The notes beneath the pieces were generated by a model that saw only the letters and a program-made list of their open reading frames with translations, had not been told where the DNA came from and did no database searches. A DNA stretch of 64,000 bases, from assembly GCA_963809485.1 (NCBI GenBank), contig CAWEJX010000007.1, positions 256,001-320,000 of the forward strand, read 5' to 3'. The DNA is from an uncultured Acidobacteriota bacterium. Lineage in GTDB: Bacteria > Acidobacteriota > UBA6911. Below are positions 30,857 to 41,645 of this stretch, piece after piece. Within the stretch, counting starts at the first letter, position 1. Each line of letters starts with the position of its first letter. The position numbers were made by a program, and so were the translations under genes.

Positions 30857-33487
30857 ATGGCCATGATTGTCAATAGATCCCGGAGCGCGATACTTGTGAT
30901 TTTCGCCTCCCTGCTGATGACAGGCAGTTTCTCCCCGGCGGCTGTTCAGGACTCGAACCCCCAGCCGCTTTCGGAACAAGAGAGAAAGGAAGCGCTGGAG
31001 CGCCTGACAAAGCAGATACAAAAGACACAGGCAGAGTCGGGGCAATCGGAAACCGCGATGCCGAGGGTTCGCGCGACAAAGGCGGCCGTGCGCACCGTTG
31101 AGCCCAATCCTCAGGCCGCACCGAGTGCCGCCCAGGCCAAGCCTCAGACGCCAGCGCCCGCTCCCGTCCCTCCCGGAACTCCAAGCCCCGCTCCGTCCGC
31201 TGCGCCCAGCCCTGCTCCGCCTCCCACTCCTATCCCGAGCCCCGTTCCGCGTGATGGAGGCAGAGTTCAGCTGAGCTATGAGAACGCGGACCTCTACGAT
31301 TTCATCAATCAGATCGCCAGCACCCTGGGGCTTACTCCGATCGTGATCGATCCGGATGTGAAGGGGAGCGTTACCATTCAGAGTTCGGCGCCCATGTCCA
31401 AAGACGATGTGCTGCCGCTTTTCAACATGATCCTCAAGAACAACAATGCGGCGCTCGTCAAGGACGGCAACATCTATCAAATCGTGCCGATCTCTTCGGC
31501 GTTGAAGAAGGGCGTCGAATTCATCGAAGTGCTGCCTCCGCCGGCCCAGGGCGGAACCGATCAGGAAAAATCTTCCGGGAAAAAACCTGCCGCGTCTGCC
31601 CCGAAGGCCCCTGTGTCCGCTGCCAGAGCCCAGCAGGAAACGGATCTTTCCAAAGCCCCACGGCTGGCAACTCACGTGATACGGGTTGAGTTCGTTCCCG
31701 TAAAAGACCTGATCGAACCCATCAAGCTGTTCATGACCGAAGGCGGCGTCATCATGCCTTACGAGCGTCTGAACATGCTCATAATCACCGATTACACCGA
31801 CAGCGCCGACAGAGTGCTTCAGATCGTGCGAATGCTCGACGACAGTTACCTGGACCCCGATCTGGTCGAGATGATCAAGATAAAAAACTACGGCTCCGCC
31901 GACCTCTGCGAGGACCTGAAAAAGATCTTCGGCTCCGGGACCAAGGACTCTGCAACCGGCATTTCCTTCGTATCGTTGGACCGCCATAATGCGATTTTTG
32001 CCATGGCCAGCTCCAGGCGCGGCCTGGAAGAAGTGAAGCGCTGGATCAAAGAGCTTGACTCCGAGACGGGCAGAAACATACAGACGTATGTATACGTGGT
32101 TGAAAATTCGACGGCGTCCAACATCGCCATGATGCTGGCCGCTCTATATGGCGGAGATGAATCCGCCGGCGCCTCTTCCGGACAAACGGGCACTACCTAT
32201 GGTGGGGGAGGCGCGTTCGGCCGGTCCCAGGCCGGAGAAACACAAACCGGCGCCCTGGGAAGCGGAACCACGGCGAGCGGCTCCTCCAATCTGGGAAGAG
32301 CTGCTTCGAGCCCGTTCGGCGGCTCCTCCACTTTTCAAAGCGGCGGGTCCTCCATGGGCGGATCCCAGTCCGGATACCAGGGCGGGTATTCCGGCGGATA
32401 TCAGGGGGGCGGCTGGTTCGGCGGCGGACAGCAGCTCGGTCCCCGGCTCACCTCCGCCCCGTCCATCACGTCCCAAATCCTGCGCGGCGGCGTGTTCACA
32501 GGCCTGCAGGACACGGTGAGGCTGGTAGTGGATGATGTGAACAACTCGCTCATAATCCAGGCCACGCAGGCGGATTATGCCTTCATACTGGAAACCATAA
32601 AAAAGATGGACGTGATGCCCCGCCAGGTAATTATCGATGCGCGGATTTTTGCAGTCGACCTTACCGATGCGTTGAGCTTCGGAGTCAGCGGCGTACTCCA
32701 GGGTATAACAACCGATCCGGTCAATCATATTACTAGTGCCAAGCTTGACGCCACGGGAGCTCTGGCCGTCGGCACTTTTGCCTTCGTCGGGGATTCGCGG
32801 GAAATTCTTTTGAAAATAAACGCGTTGCGTGAAAAGACCAAAGTCAAAGTTCTCGAAGCGCCTTCCGTGCTGGCTCTGGATGGAACGGTGGCAAAAATCG
32901 TGGTCGGTTCCGAAATCCCCTACCCCGGGTCAAGCTTCACCTCCAGCGAGGGCAGCACGACACAGAGCGTTCAATACCGGGATACCGGGATATCCCTCAT
33001 CGTCCAGCCCCGCATCTCCGCGTCGGGATCCGTAACTCTGAGCATCGCCCAGGAAGTCAGCAGCGCGGGTGCAGATACTTCATCCGGACCTTCGTTTAGA
33101 AAAAGCAGCGTGGAAACGGTTCTTTCCGTCAAAGATGGCGAGACCGTGGCCATAGCAGGATTGATAAGGGATTCCGATACGTTTGGAAGAGGCGGCATCC
33201 CGTTTTTATCCGATCTGCCAATATTGGGATTCCTCTTCGGCACAACTACCAAAACAGCCGACCGGAGCGAGCTGATCATATTGATTACGCCTCACGTGAT
33301 CCGGACACCCGAGAAATTCCAGGAAATGACCCAGGAGCTGAAAGACTCGCTGAGAAACGTGCGCAAGTACGCGGACGATAAGGAGAAGGAACACATCAAG
33401 GATATGGAGGACGCCCGCGAGGACAGGTATAAAGAAGAGCAGAAGCGGATGAAGCAGACGGAAGTTCCCGAACCCGAGAAGAAGTAA
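30857..33487 (+). CDS. gspD: T2SS secretin GspD
   Basis: N domains (IDPDVKGSVT), QVIIDARI, APSVLALDG, YRDTG, KDGETVAIAGLI, ELIILITPHVI. Confidence 0.95.
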   Translation: MAMIVNRSRSAILVIFASLLMTGSFSPAAVQDSNPQPLSEQERKEALERLTKQIQKTQAESGQSETAMPRVRATKAAVRTVEPNPQAAPSAAQAKPQTPAPAPVPPGTPSPAPSAAPSPAPPPTPIPSPVPRDGGRVQLSYENADLYDFINQIASTLGLTPIVIDPDVKGSVTIQSSAPMSKDDVLPLFNMILKNNNAALVKDGNIYQIVPISSALKKGVEFIEVLPPPAQGGTDQEKSSGKKPAASAPKAPVSAARAQQETDLSKAPRLATHVIRVEFVPVKDLIEPIKLFMTEGGVIMPYERLNMLIITDYTDSADRVLQIVRMLDDSYLDPDLVEMIKIKNYGSADLCEDLKKIFGSGTKDSATGISFVSLDRHNAIFAMASSRRGLEEVKRWIKELDSETGRNIQTYVYVVENSTASNIAMMLAALYGGDESAGASSGQTGTTYGGGGAFGRSQAGETQTGALGSGTTASGSSNLGRAASSPFGGSSTFQSGGSSMGGSQSGYQGGYSGGYQGGGWFGGGQQLGPRLTSAPSITSQILRGGVFTGLQDTVRLVVDDVNNSLIIQATQADYAFILETIKKMDVMPRQVIIDARIFAVDLTDALSFGVSGVLQGITTDPVNHITSAKLDATGALAVGTFAFVGDSREILLKINALREKTKVKVLEAPSVLALDGTVAKIVVGSEIPYPGSSFTSSEGSTTQSVQYRDTGISLIVQPRISASGSVTLSIAQEVSSAGADTSSGPSFRKSSVETVLSVKDGETVAIAGLIRDSDTFGRGGIPFLSDLPILGFLFGTTTKTADRSELIILITPHVIRTPEKFQEMTQELKDSLRNVRKYADDKEKEHIKDMEDAREDRYKEEQKRMKQTEVPEPEKK

Positions 33488-33492
33488 CGGAG

Positions 33493-33516
33493 AAAAGCCA
33501 CCTGCCGGCTTTTTTT
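33493..33516 (+). terminator. Probable intrinsic terminator after gspD
   Basis: AAAAGCC-loop-GGCTTTTTTT. Confidence 0.55.
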
Positions 33517-33529
33517 AACGTGCAAACGT

Positions 33530-36094
33530 TCAACGTTTGACTTCCAGGCTCTTCAAAAACATTTTGAGCTGCGGCTCAGTTGAGGCGCCAGCTCCGCAGC
33601 CTTCAGGGCGGTCTGCCTGGCCAGATCCATATTGCCCCAGTTCACGGTAGATTCGCTGCAAGACGGGACACAGCAGAACCTGGTCCGGAGACATCTGAAG
33701 TTGCTCCTGATAGAGAGCAACTACCGGCGCAAATTGCCTTCTCGAAACATAAATCCCTATGACCTTGTCGTAGTCTGATTTGTCCGGCGGATGGCGATGG
33801 AGCGTTCTTATTGTCTGCCATTCGTTTTCCGCATCCCTCAATCGCCCGGCAGCGACGTACGCTTCGATCAGGCTGATGCGCGATTCGCTGTCTTTCGGAT
33901 CAAGCTGCGAGGCTTCTGCAGCACCGGATACGGCCTCATCAAAGCGCGCCAGGCGCCAATAGCAAATAGGCGCGTTCCAGGAAAAGCCGGGGCCGGTTCG
34001 GGCCCAGGCTCTCCGCTTCCGCAGACAGGATAAACTCTTCTCGGCCAAGAACGCGCCAGACCCGCATCGGATTGCTCGAGCACCCTGAATGTGCTGTTTG
34101 CCAGACTTGAGGCATACATGTAGTGACGCGCATCCGAAGGGTCTTCGGATATTGATTTCTCCAGCAATGCTCACGCCCTTTTCGCCACCTGGGCTCTTTC
34201 TCCAGCGGGAACTTGTCGGCCACCGGCGAGTCGATTGCATAATTGGCAAACTCTTCTCTCACCTGGTATCGCCTGTTGTCGCATGCTCGTCGGCCTGCGG
34301 AAATCTTCAACGGCTGCCTTCGCTATAGACGTAGCGGGAAGCCTGGCGAGCCGGGCTGCACGGCCTTTTCCATCGTCTTCCGCCCGCATCAGGAGTCGAT
34401 TTGAATCTGCAGGTCTCTTCACCGTATAGCAGTATCCGCAGACAAGGATTCCCGCCAATGCGGCAAGCCCCAGCCAGCCCCTCCATGAAATCGCGGATTG
34501 TGCCGAGTCAGGATTACCGCGGCTTCCGCCGGAATCGCATCGGATCTGGCGCAGAGCCAGGCCGCATATGCCAGCGACCATAAAGACGACGCCGTCCGTG
34601 TTCACGGTGTCAAAGGAAAACAGATTCTGCACAAGATATGCCGTCAGCAAGCCGGCGATGGTCAGCGAATCGGAAACATTGCCGTTTCTGCGCCAGCGGC
34701 CGAGCAAACATGCAAAAATCGCGGCGTAGAAACCAAGATATGCGGCCAGTCCCAGGAATCCTGTTGTGGTGCCGATGTCCAGTATTATGTTGTGGGCGCG
34801 ATCAAACCAGTTTTCCGCGGTCGGGCCTCTGAAAAGACGGGCGGGAGCGTGCAGGTCAAAAGCATTGCGATAGTGTTCCGGACCCCACCCGAAAATGGGG
34901 TGGTCCAGGATGCCCCCTATGCCGGCCTTCCAGGCCATGAAACGGTTCTCCTCGAGAGAAGTCGCGGTCAGGCGTGCCAGGAGCGGATTGGCCTTAACCC
35001 ATTCGGCGTTTCTAAAGCTGAGGAGGGCAAGCGGAGAAACGACAAACAGCAAAAGCAGCAGGGCCGCGGCCCACCTCCATTCTCTTCCCGGCGCCTTTCC
35101 AGAGATAGAGGGCCGACATGAAGATAAAGGAGCCTGCCAGGCCGGCCACGGCTGCGCGCGTCTGGCTCAGATTCATCCAGAACAAATAATAGAGAGCCAG
35201 GGCCCCGAAAAAAGCCACACCCGCCCATGCGCTGCTCCGCATGGCAAACCAGAGCAAAGTGAGGCCGTGAAGTACAAAGGCGAAAATGGCTATGGGGAAA
35301 TAATCCAGCCCTGCCGAGAGGATCCGGCCTCCGGATGCGATGTCCCAAACCGCAAGAATGACGTCCGCGGTTATCAGCAGGAGCAGCCATACTTTTGCCG
35401 CGAAAGCGTAAATTTTTTTTCTGTCATTCCGCGTCAGAAAATAGAAGGCGAGGAAAAAATTGAGCAGCATGTGCGCGGCAAAAAAGTTCGGGTTCCCGGT
35501 CGCCCCCTCCACACGGATTTTGTCCGGGGAGAATCGATACAGGAAATCCAGGTGCATGTACTGGATAAGCCCCGTAAGCCCCATGAAGACGCCGGACAGA
35601 AGCGATGCGGTAAAAAGGATCAGCCACTCCCGCTCCTGTCTGAGCGATTGACTCAAGACAAAGAAATAGGCCAGCAGGTACAGCTGCGCGAACATGCCGC
35701 CCATCCTGTTGAAATCGCCCCACCAGCTGTCCCAGGCGCCGCTGCTGACGCCCGGGAGCGAACTGATCAGTGTGACGCCAAAATAAACCAGCAACGCACC
35801 GGTGACCCTGTGCAGCCGCGGCCGGTGCTGCGGCGAAATCAGAGCCAGAATCCCGTAAAGGAGCGCCATCGCCTGGACGGCGACGCGGAACAGGAGGCTC
35901 TTCAGGAAAACGAATGGATAATAAAAATCATAGTTCACCACCAGCGGCAGGAATAAAACAAAGCAGCCCAAAATGAGGATCGTGCATGTGAGATATTTTT
36001 GCCAGCGAATCGCCGCCGGCGCGCCGGGAGATTTTGCAATGGCTTTTGGAGCGTCTTGCCTGAGCTTCTGTGTACGCGATTTGTGTTTGGCCAT
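33530..36094 (-). CDS. O-antigen ligase / O-oligosaccharyltransferase (Wzy_C) with C-terminal TPR; split by frameshifts
   Basis: GATGNPNFFA, SQTRAA, PIFGWGPE, FDRAHN motifs, multi-TM; pieces in several frames between 33.5 and 35.1 kb. Confidence 0.85.
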
Positions 36095-36312
36095 GGGCGC
36101 TATTCTAAACCAGCCTCCCGAACGCACAAAGCCCGGATCAAACACCTGGGTTGATTCCTAGCCTCTGCGCGAGTTTTTTCAACTGCGGCTTCCCGAGCCT
36201 GGCAATTCGTGTCCTTTTTGTTATTGCAGTGAGCGGGCTCACAATTGAATTAACCTCCCGGAATGACTATATTAAATGAAAAGCCATATCGTCTTTTGGA
36301 GGCCACCGAACA

Positions 36313-38670
36313 ATGTTTAACAAAAAGGCGGGACTATTTGTCACAGTGCTGCTCCTGTCGATTTTCGGCGCAGCGCCGGGATTTACCCAGGCGCTATTCA
36401 CCGTGGGGAGTTCGTCGGCTACGGCGGCGGACATCGGCCATACCGAGTTGACGGGATCGCTGACACTGACGGTGGTTGCCGGTTTCACGAATGCTTCATC
36501 CATCCTTGCATCGTACTCCGCGCCCATCACCAATAACTCAGCCGCCGATATTTCAGTCAGCGGTACAGGCGGCCTGTCCGGCATCGATCCAAGCCCGGTA
36601 TTCGAACCGGCCCAAAATGCCATCATCCTAAATGTCCCCGCCGGGGGAACGATTGGAGACCGGATATTGGTTTCCGGAGTCCGCGTGGCAATCGCCGGCC
36701 TTGACGTGCACCAGGTAACGGCAACACTCACCTCCCCGACCGCGGGAGGCAACTCCATCACTGCCGGAGAGCGAATCCCGATCGTGGTCCATGCCGTATC
36801 TCAACCTTTTATTGCGGAGGAAACCACCGATCCGCTCTCCTACGAAAACGGCTCGGTGATCAACTCCTCCGCATCGCTGGTGATCGCCGAAGGATTCGCC
36901 ACTGCCTTCAGCGGCAACACGGGCTTTGGGGGGCAGACGGTCGCCTCCCGGATACGCATTACGCCCTTCAGGGAAATTCCGGAAGGAGTTCAGCTGACCT
37001 TCAATGCGGTCGTCCTGTCGATGAACAGCGGGGCGACGCTCACAACTCTTTCGGGAGCGCCCGAAACGATACCGCGCGGTGACGGCTCAACGGATGTCTT
37101 TTATGAATTTAATCCCGCCACGGGCAGCGATGCCGTCAATGATTCTTTCCAGATCAACGTGACCCTGGCCCTGCTGCCCTCCGCCACATCGGGGACCATC
37201 CGGTTCCAGGCTGCGCTGGTTCCCATCGGCACAGCCGTTCCGGATGCGCAATTTCCTTCCACGGATATTCCCCGCTACGAAGAACGGCTGCTGCCGGATG
37301 AGTCTGAATTGGTCGGCGGTTTTGCCGAGCTTTCCATGCCATTCCGCATGGAAAGCGACGGCACATATACGGGGATAGCATTGACGAACCCGATCAATCT
37401 AAGGGTCAAAGCAACCCTGACGGCCTATGACGACCATGGGAATATGCTTTCCGGCAGCAATATCACCAATCCGGTCACCATTATCCTGCCGAGAAAAGGC
37501 CAGTACGCCCGGCTTGCTTCTGAAGTCTTCGGTGAGGGATTTAACGCCTACTCGGCGGGCACAATCCGCGTTACAGGAAGCACCCCGGAGCTCCCGGGCT
37601 TCTATCTGATCGGAGACGTATCCGGGCCTCATCTCGACGGCGGCACCGCCAACATCGAGGCGGCAAAATTCTGGTACATACCCCTGATTTTCCGCCAGGG
37701 CGAATCTCCCTTCAATCTGCTGGAACTGTTTAATCCCGGGGACTCGGAAGCAACTGTCACTCTCCGGCTGAGGGATTCGCAGGGAAGTCAGGCAGCAGCA
37801 GTCACGCGAAAAATGGCGCCAAACAGCTCGTTTGTGCAGGATGTCCGCGATGTATTCGACATTGATTTCGGCGCCTTCAGCGGCGGCCACATAAAGGGAG
37901 AATCCGATGAGGCGGTCGTAGCCCGCAGCACGTTCGGAAATACGCTCGAGTCCAATACACTGGCAGCCCAGGTGCAGGCTTCCCTGCAATCCTATCACGT
38001 CCCCCATTTCGCTACGGGAGGACAGTACTCGACCGAACTGACCATCGTGAATACCCATGGCACCAGGAAAGCGGAGATTGCTCTGACACTGCTGGACGAC
38101 GCCGGCCAGCCCATATCGATCGGCGGGAATCCGGCCAATATTGAAATACTCCCGGGCGCTCAATTCAGCGGGACGCTTGCGGAGCTCTTCCCTGAACTTG
38201 GCCCGGACCTGGTAACCGGGTCAATACGTGCGGATGTAAAAGGCATCCTCTTTGGCCCGTTTATATCCGTTCCAAGCCTGGCCGGCTCTGTCCGGTTCCT
38301 GGCAAGCGACGGATCTGCCTCGGCCGCGATTCCGTTTTTCCTCAAGCTATCCGAAGATTTCGTATACTCGCACGTGGCAGAGGGCCAGGGGTGGTTTACC
38401 GGCGTGGCCGTGCTCAACCCGAACAGAGTTCAGAACAACCTGATTTTGGAGGTATATGACAGGGAAGGCGGGCTCATTGGGTCCTTTACATCCTTGCTTC
38501 AGCCCGGGGAACGATTTTCCAAGCTGATCCATGAGCTTGTCTCGGATGCGGCGGGTCAAACAGGCGGATACATCAGGATCACCAGCGACAAGCCGCTGGC
38601 AAGCTTCGCCCTGTTCGGGACCGATGACCTGCGTTCTCTGAGCGCGATACCGCCGCAGGGCTTGCCCTGA
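36313..38670 (+). CDS. Secreted S-layer-like paralog with four C-terminal repeats
   Basis: Signal peptide; N-half aligns by eye with 40013-41449; repeats TGIALTNP / NLLELFNP / TELTIVNT / TGVAVLNP. Confidence 0.8.
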   Translation: MFNKKAGLFVTVLLLSIFGAAPGFTQALFTVGSSSATAADIGHTELTGSLTLTVVAGFTNASSILASYSAPITNNSAADISVSGTGGLSGIDPSPVFEPAQNAIILNVPAGGTIGDRILVSGVRVAIAGLDVHQVTATLTSPTAGGNSITAGERIPIVVHAVSQPFIAEETTDPLSYENGSVINSSASLVIAEGFATAFSGNTGFGGQTVASRIRITPFREIPEGVQLTFNAVVLSMNSGATLTTLSGAPETIPRGDGSTDVFYEFNPATGSDAVNDSFQINVTLALLPSATSGTIRFQAALVPIGTAVPDAQFPSTDIPRYEERLLPDESELVGGFAELSMPFRMESDGTYTGIALTNPINLRVKATLTAYDDHGNMLSGSNITNPVTIILPRKGQYARLASEVFGEGFNAYSAGTIRVTGSTPELPGFYLIGDVSGPHLDGGTANIEAAKFWYIPLIFRQGESPFNLLELFNPGDSEATVTLRLRDSQGSQAAAVTRKMAPNSSFVQDVRDVFDIDFGAFSGGHIKGESDEAVVARSTFGNTLESNTLAAQVQASLQSYHVPHFATGGQYSTELTIVNTHGTRKAEIALTLLDDAGQPISIGGNPANIEILPGAQFSGTLAELFPELGPDLVTGSIRADVKGILFGPFISVPSLAGSVRFLASDGSASAAIPFFLKLSEDFVYSHVAEGQGWFTGVAVLNPNRVQNNLILEVYDREGGLIGSFTSLLQPGERFSKLIHELVSDAAGQTGGYIRITSDKPLASFALFGTDDLRSLSAIPPQGLP

Positions 38671-38726
38671 AAAGCTGCACGCGGAGACGCGGAGTTCGCG
38701 GATGGAAAAAATGCTGACTCCGAGGG

Positions 38727-39905
38727 CTATCGGTCGGGCAGGTCGATTTTGTTTTTGCGGATCAGCTCCTGAAGCTCTCTGTTTTTGGCGGGATCCATGC
38801 TGCTGTCCATTTTCGTCTTGACTGGATTCACCAGGATGCCGACAACGACGCTCGGCATCCCGTCGACCGGCTGCCCGAAGCCGATCGTCACGGAATCCCG
38901 CGTATTTGGCGAAGCCGTATCGATGCCGGCAAGAGCATTGACTTTCACCTGGAGCTGCCCACCGGCGGGAATGGTGGCCGGCAGCTGCTCGATGGAAAAC
39001 CTGCCGGTTGCGCTGTAAAAGTCCTTCAACACGAGTTCCGACTTTGAGTTGTTTCGAACCAGGACTGCCTTCTCGCGATCGCCCTTCGCAAACTGCAGGC
39101 TTTTCGGAACAACCGAAACCGGCACATATACATTTCCCTGCACCACGATTTCAAAAGGAACTACCGCGCCCTTCCGCTGTGCGACCAGAACCACCTTTTC
39201 TTTGACTGCACCCTCATAGTTGTAGACCGGTACATCAATGATCAGATCCCGTTGTCCGGGCTGAAGAAATGCTCCTTTTATACCTTTGACAACAAAGCCG
39301 GGCGCTGAATTCTTCAGCGTGACAAAGAGCGGCTCGGTTCCTGCAAGAGAGTACTTGACGCTGAGCGGGACAACGGCCCGGCCGCGCACCGTGCCGAAAT
39401 CGAGGACGGTTTTTTCCAGATGCAACGCCTCCCGAACTTCTTTTTCCAAATCGGCGTTTTTCTGGGCGTTCGCCTGCTTGGGCGAAGAAGCCTGAATTGG
39501 AATGGGCGTTTCCTTGAAGTCCCGATACCAGTTGCCATTCTGATAGCGCCAGGTATCCGTCACAGGCCAGTCCATCGCTCGAGCGACGGGCGGCACCGTG
39601 CGCTTGACGATGACGATTGCCTTCGCCTCAGTCCTGTCGGCGGAAAACTCCAGCGATTTTAGACGCGGATCTTTGAAGGCAGGGATAGTCCCGGCGCCGA
39701 AAGCCTCCCGATCACCAGGAGCGATAAATTCGGCGGCCTGCAACTTCTTTCGCTGCGACAGGAGGTTCCAATAGCTGTCGATTCGCGTCACCAGGAGATC
39801 CAGCGACGGACGGACGGGAGAAGCATCGGGCTCTGCCGTCTGCGCCGGTGAAGGAATTGAGAAACACAGCAAAATAGCAAAAGCAAATACTCTCGATAGC
39901 ATCAT
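38727..39905 (-). CDS. Exported protein with C-terminal Ig-like (ASH/PapD-like) domains
   Basis: Signal peptide; LDFGTV and VSVVPKSLQF...VLVRNNS...ATIPAG patterns. Confidence 0.7.
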   Translation of the reverse strand: MMLSRVFAFAILLCFSIPSPAQTAEPDASPVRPSLDLLVTRIDSYWNLLSQRKKLQAAEFIAPGDREAFGAGTIPAFKDPRLKSLEFSADRTEAKAIVIVKRTVPPVARAMDWPVTDTWRYQNGNWYRDFKETPIPIQASSPKQANAQKNADLEKEVREALHLEKTVLDFGTVRGRAVVPLSVKYSLAGTEPLFVTLKNSAPGFVVKGIKGAFLQPGQRDLIIDVPVYNYEGAVKEKVVLVAQRKGAVVPFEIVVQGNVYVPVSVVPKSLQFAKGDREKAVLVRNNSKSELVLKDFYSATGRFSIEQLPATIPAGGQLQVKVNALAGIDTASPNTRDSVTIGFGQPVDGMPSVVVGILVNPVKTKMDSSMDPAKNRELQELIRKNKIDLPDR

Positions 39906-39953
39906 TGCAAATTGCCCTTACGCTCGAAAGACCTCAAACATTCACAAAGGGGC

Positions 39954-39990
39954 AAAAAAAAGGAGCTAGCTTTTGGGGCTAGCTCCTTTT
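39954..39990. terminator. Strong intrinsic terminator after the S-layer-like gene
   Basis: Perfect 13-bp stem AAAAGGAGCTAGC/GCTAGCTCCTTTT with a U8 tract on the minus strand. Confidence 0.85.
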
Positions 39991-40012
39991 GACAGCCGTT
40001 GAACAACCTAAA

Positions 40013-41449
40013 CTAGTTGTCCAGCTTTTCTACTACCGGACGACCCGGAAGCTCGGTATCGATCACCAGCATCAGCGCGCCGTGCGTGAAATCGATAAAG
40101 TTGCTGACAAAGTATTCACCGTGAGCATTCGTGAAATTCGTCTTCACGAAAATGTATCCGGTGAAATCTGCCCAGCCAGTCTCAAGAAGCAATTCCGACA
40201 GCAGCACGGTATACATGCCGCCACTGGGAACTTTGCCGGCAGCGTTTAATCCCTGTCCGGGAGAGCCGGTTGTGGTGGTATAGGTGAACTGGTCACCTTC
40301 TCGCGAATAGAAATAGAAGGTGATCGCGCCATCCTGCGGGAATGTTTCCATACCCCCAGTAAAGCCCATGTCTTCAAGACCAGGATCCGTGGTGGTATTT
40401 GCTATGGCAATACCTGTGTCGTATCCTTCCCAATTCACGGCGTACGGCAGCAGCAGCATGGAGCTGCCGGACGAAATCTGTACCAGTGAATTCGCTGCAG
40501 TGAGAACGTCTGCCGCATAGCTCGGCCTTGTGCCATTGTAAATGCCTGTGGGTTCCACCTTGGCGAGCGTGGCTTTAACCGTAATCGTTCCGAGCTCTAC
40601 GGGGGTGGTAGCACAGATCTCAACAGGAACCTCCAAGGTTTCAATGGCCAGCGGGTTCGTGTCGGTGGTGACCATGTAGTAGATGTAAAGGTTGGTGCTG
40701 GAGTGGCCGAGGCTTGTGGGACCCGTAGCAACTCCGAACGCATCTACCTGGGTGAAGTTACCCGATGCTGCGGGGAAAGACAGCGTTATTCCGGACGGTG
40801 GCAGGGTGAACTCAAACCGAACCCTCGTGGCGGAATTCTGAGAAGCCTCGCTGGCTGCCGTTACGCCGAATGCATTGAGGTAGCCCTCTTCTGCCTCCAG
40901 GTAGGCTGTCCCGCAACCGCCGCCAAAGATGGCATTGAAGCTCACCGGATCCAAAACCTCAAACGAAGCGAGTCCGGGGGCAATCGAGTTGACCACCCGC
41001 ACGACAGTCTCACCAGCTGTGATCAAATTGTTGGTTGAGGAGATGTTCGCATCCAGTGTCTGCAATCCTGTGCCATATACCGATACTCTGATTCCGGTTA
41101 CACGGAAGGTGTAAGGCGCCGGTATCGCATGCATGATTCCCAGCACCAGCGTGTTTCCTGTGGATGAAAGCACCGAGACGTCGGTTGTCGGCACCGGTGT
41201 GCTGCCCTGGAAAACACCGCCGGGGTGGAAGGTGATGTTGGCACCGTAGTTGATCGAGATCGTGCCTGTTACAAGGTCAGGCGAATCAACTACTGTGGTA
41301 AATGATATGTCACCGGTTTTCTCGGACAGCCCGCTTCTGGTCACGGTCGTCACCGGGGTGCTGCCTACGGTGAATGTGGCCTGGGCGAATGCAGCCGCCG
41401 AGAGAGCCAGGAACATAACAGCTGCTATCAGAATGGTTTTTGTCTTCAT
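40013..41449 (-). CDS. Secreted Thr/Gly/Val-rich putative S-layer or major surface protein
   Basis: Signal peptide AAAFA|Q; few basic residues; LLLPY...YDTGIAIANTT...FTGYIF...FTNAHG C-terminal domain; own promoter and terminator. Confidence 0.75.
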   Translation of the reverse strand: MKTKTILIAAVMFLALSAAAFAQATFTVGSTPVTTVTRSGLSEKTGDISFTTVVDSPDLVTGTISINYGANITFHPGGVFQGSTPVPTTDVSVLSSTGNTLVLGIMHAIPAPYTFRVTGIRVSVYGTGLQTLDANISSTNNLITAGETVVRVVNSIAPGLASFEVLDPVSFNAIFGGGCGTAYLEAEEGYLNAFGVTAASEASQNSATRVRFEFTLPPSGITLSFPAASGNFTQVDAFGVATGPTSLGHSSTNLYIYYMVTTDTNPLAIETLEVPVEICATTPVELGTITVKATLAKVEPTGIYNGTRPSYAADVLTAANSLVQISSGSSMLLLPYAVNWEGYDTGIAIANTTTDPGLEDMGFTGGMETFPQDGAITFYFYSREGDQFTYTTTTGSPGQGLNAAGKVPSGGMYTVLLSELLLETGWADFTGYIFVKTNFTNAHGEYFVSNFIDFTHGALMLVIDTELPGRPVVEKLDN

Positions 41450-41615
41450 CTACAACTGCTCCTTTGCAAAGAGAGGTGAGGCGACGCGCCCCACAAGATT
41501 CAACTTTAAGCTTTCTACTAGAAATTGCACACCAACGACTGCAAGGACGCCGCTGATACCATCCATTGCCATGTCGGCCGGACTATGACCAGTCTGCCTG
41601 ACAGGAACGGCCAAC

Positions 41616-41645
41616 ACTTTAACCGACACAAGTCCTGCATGTCAA
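41616..41645 (-). promoter_or_regulatory. Sigma70-type promoter of the S-layer-like gene
   Basis: TTGACA-18 nt-TAAAGT on the minus strand, about 160 nt upstream of the ATG; AAAGGAG RBS. Confidence 0.65.

Noticed and set aside
21104-33487. Type IV pilus cluster
   Set aside because: GspG and GspK signatures and the absence of PilT indicate T2SS; the prepilin peptidase is presumably elsewhere.
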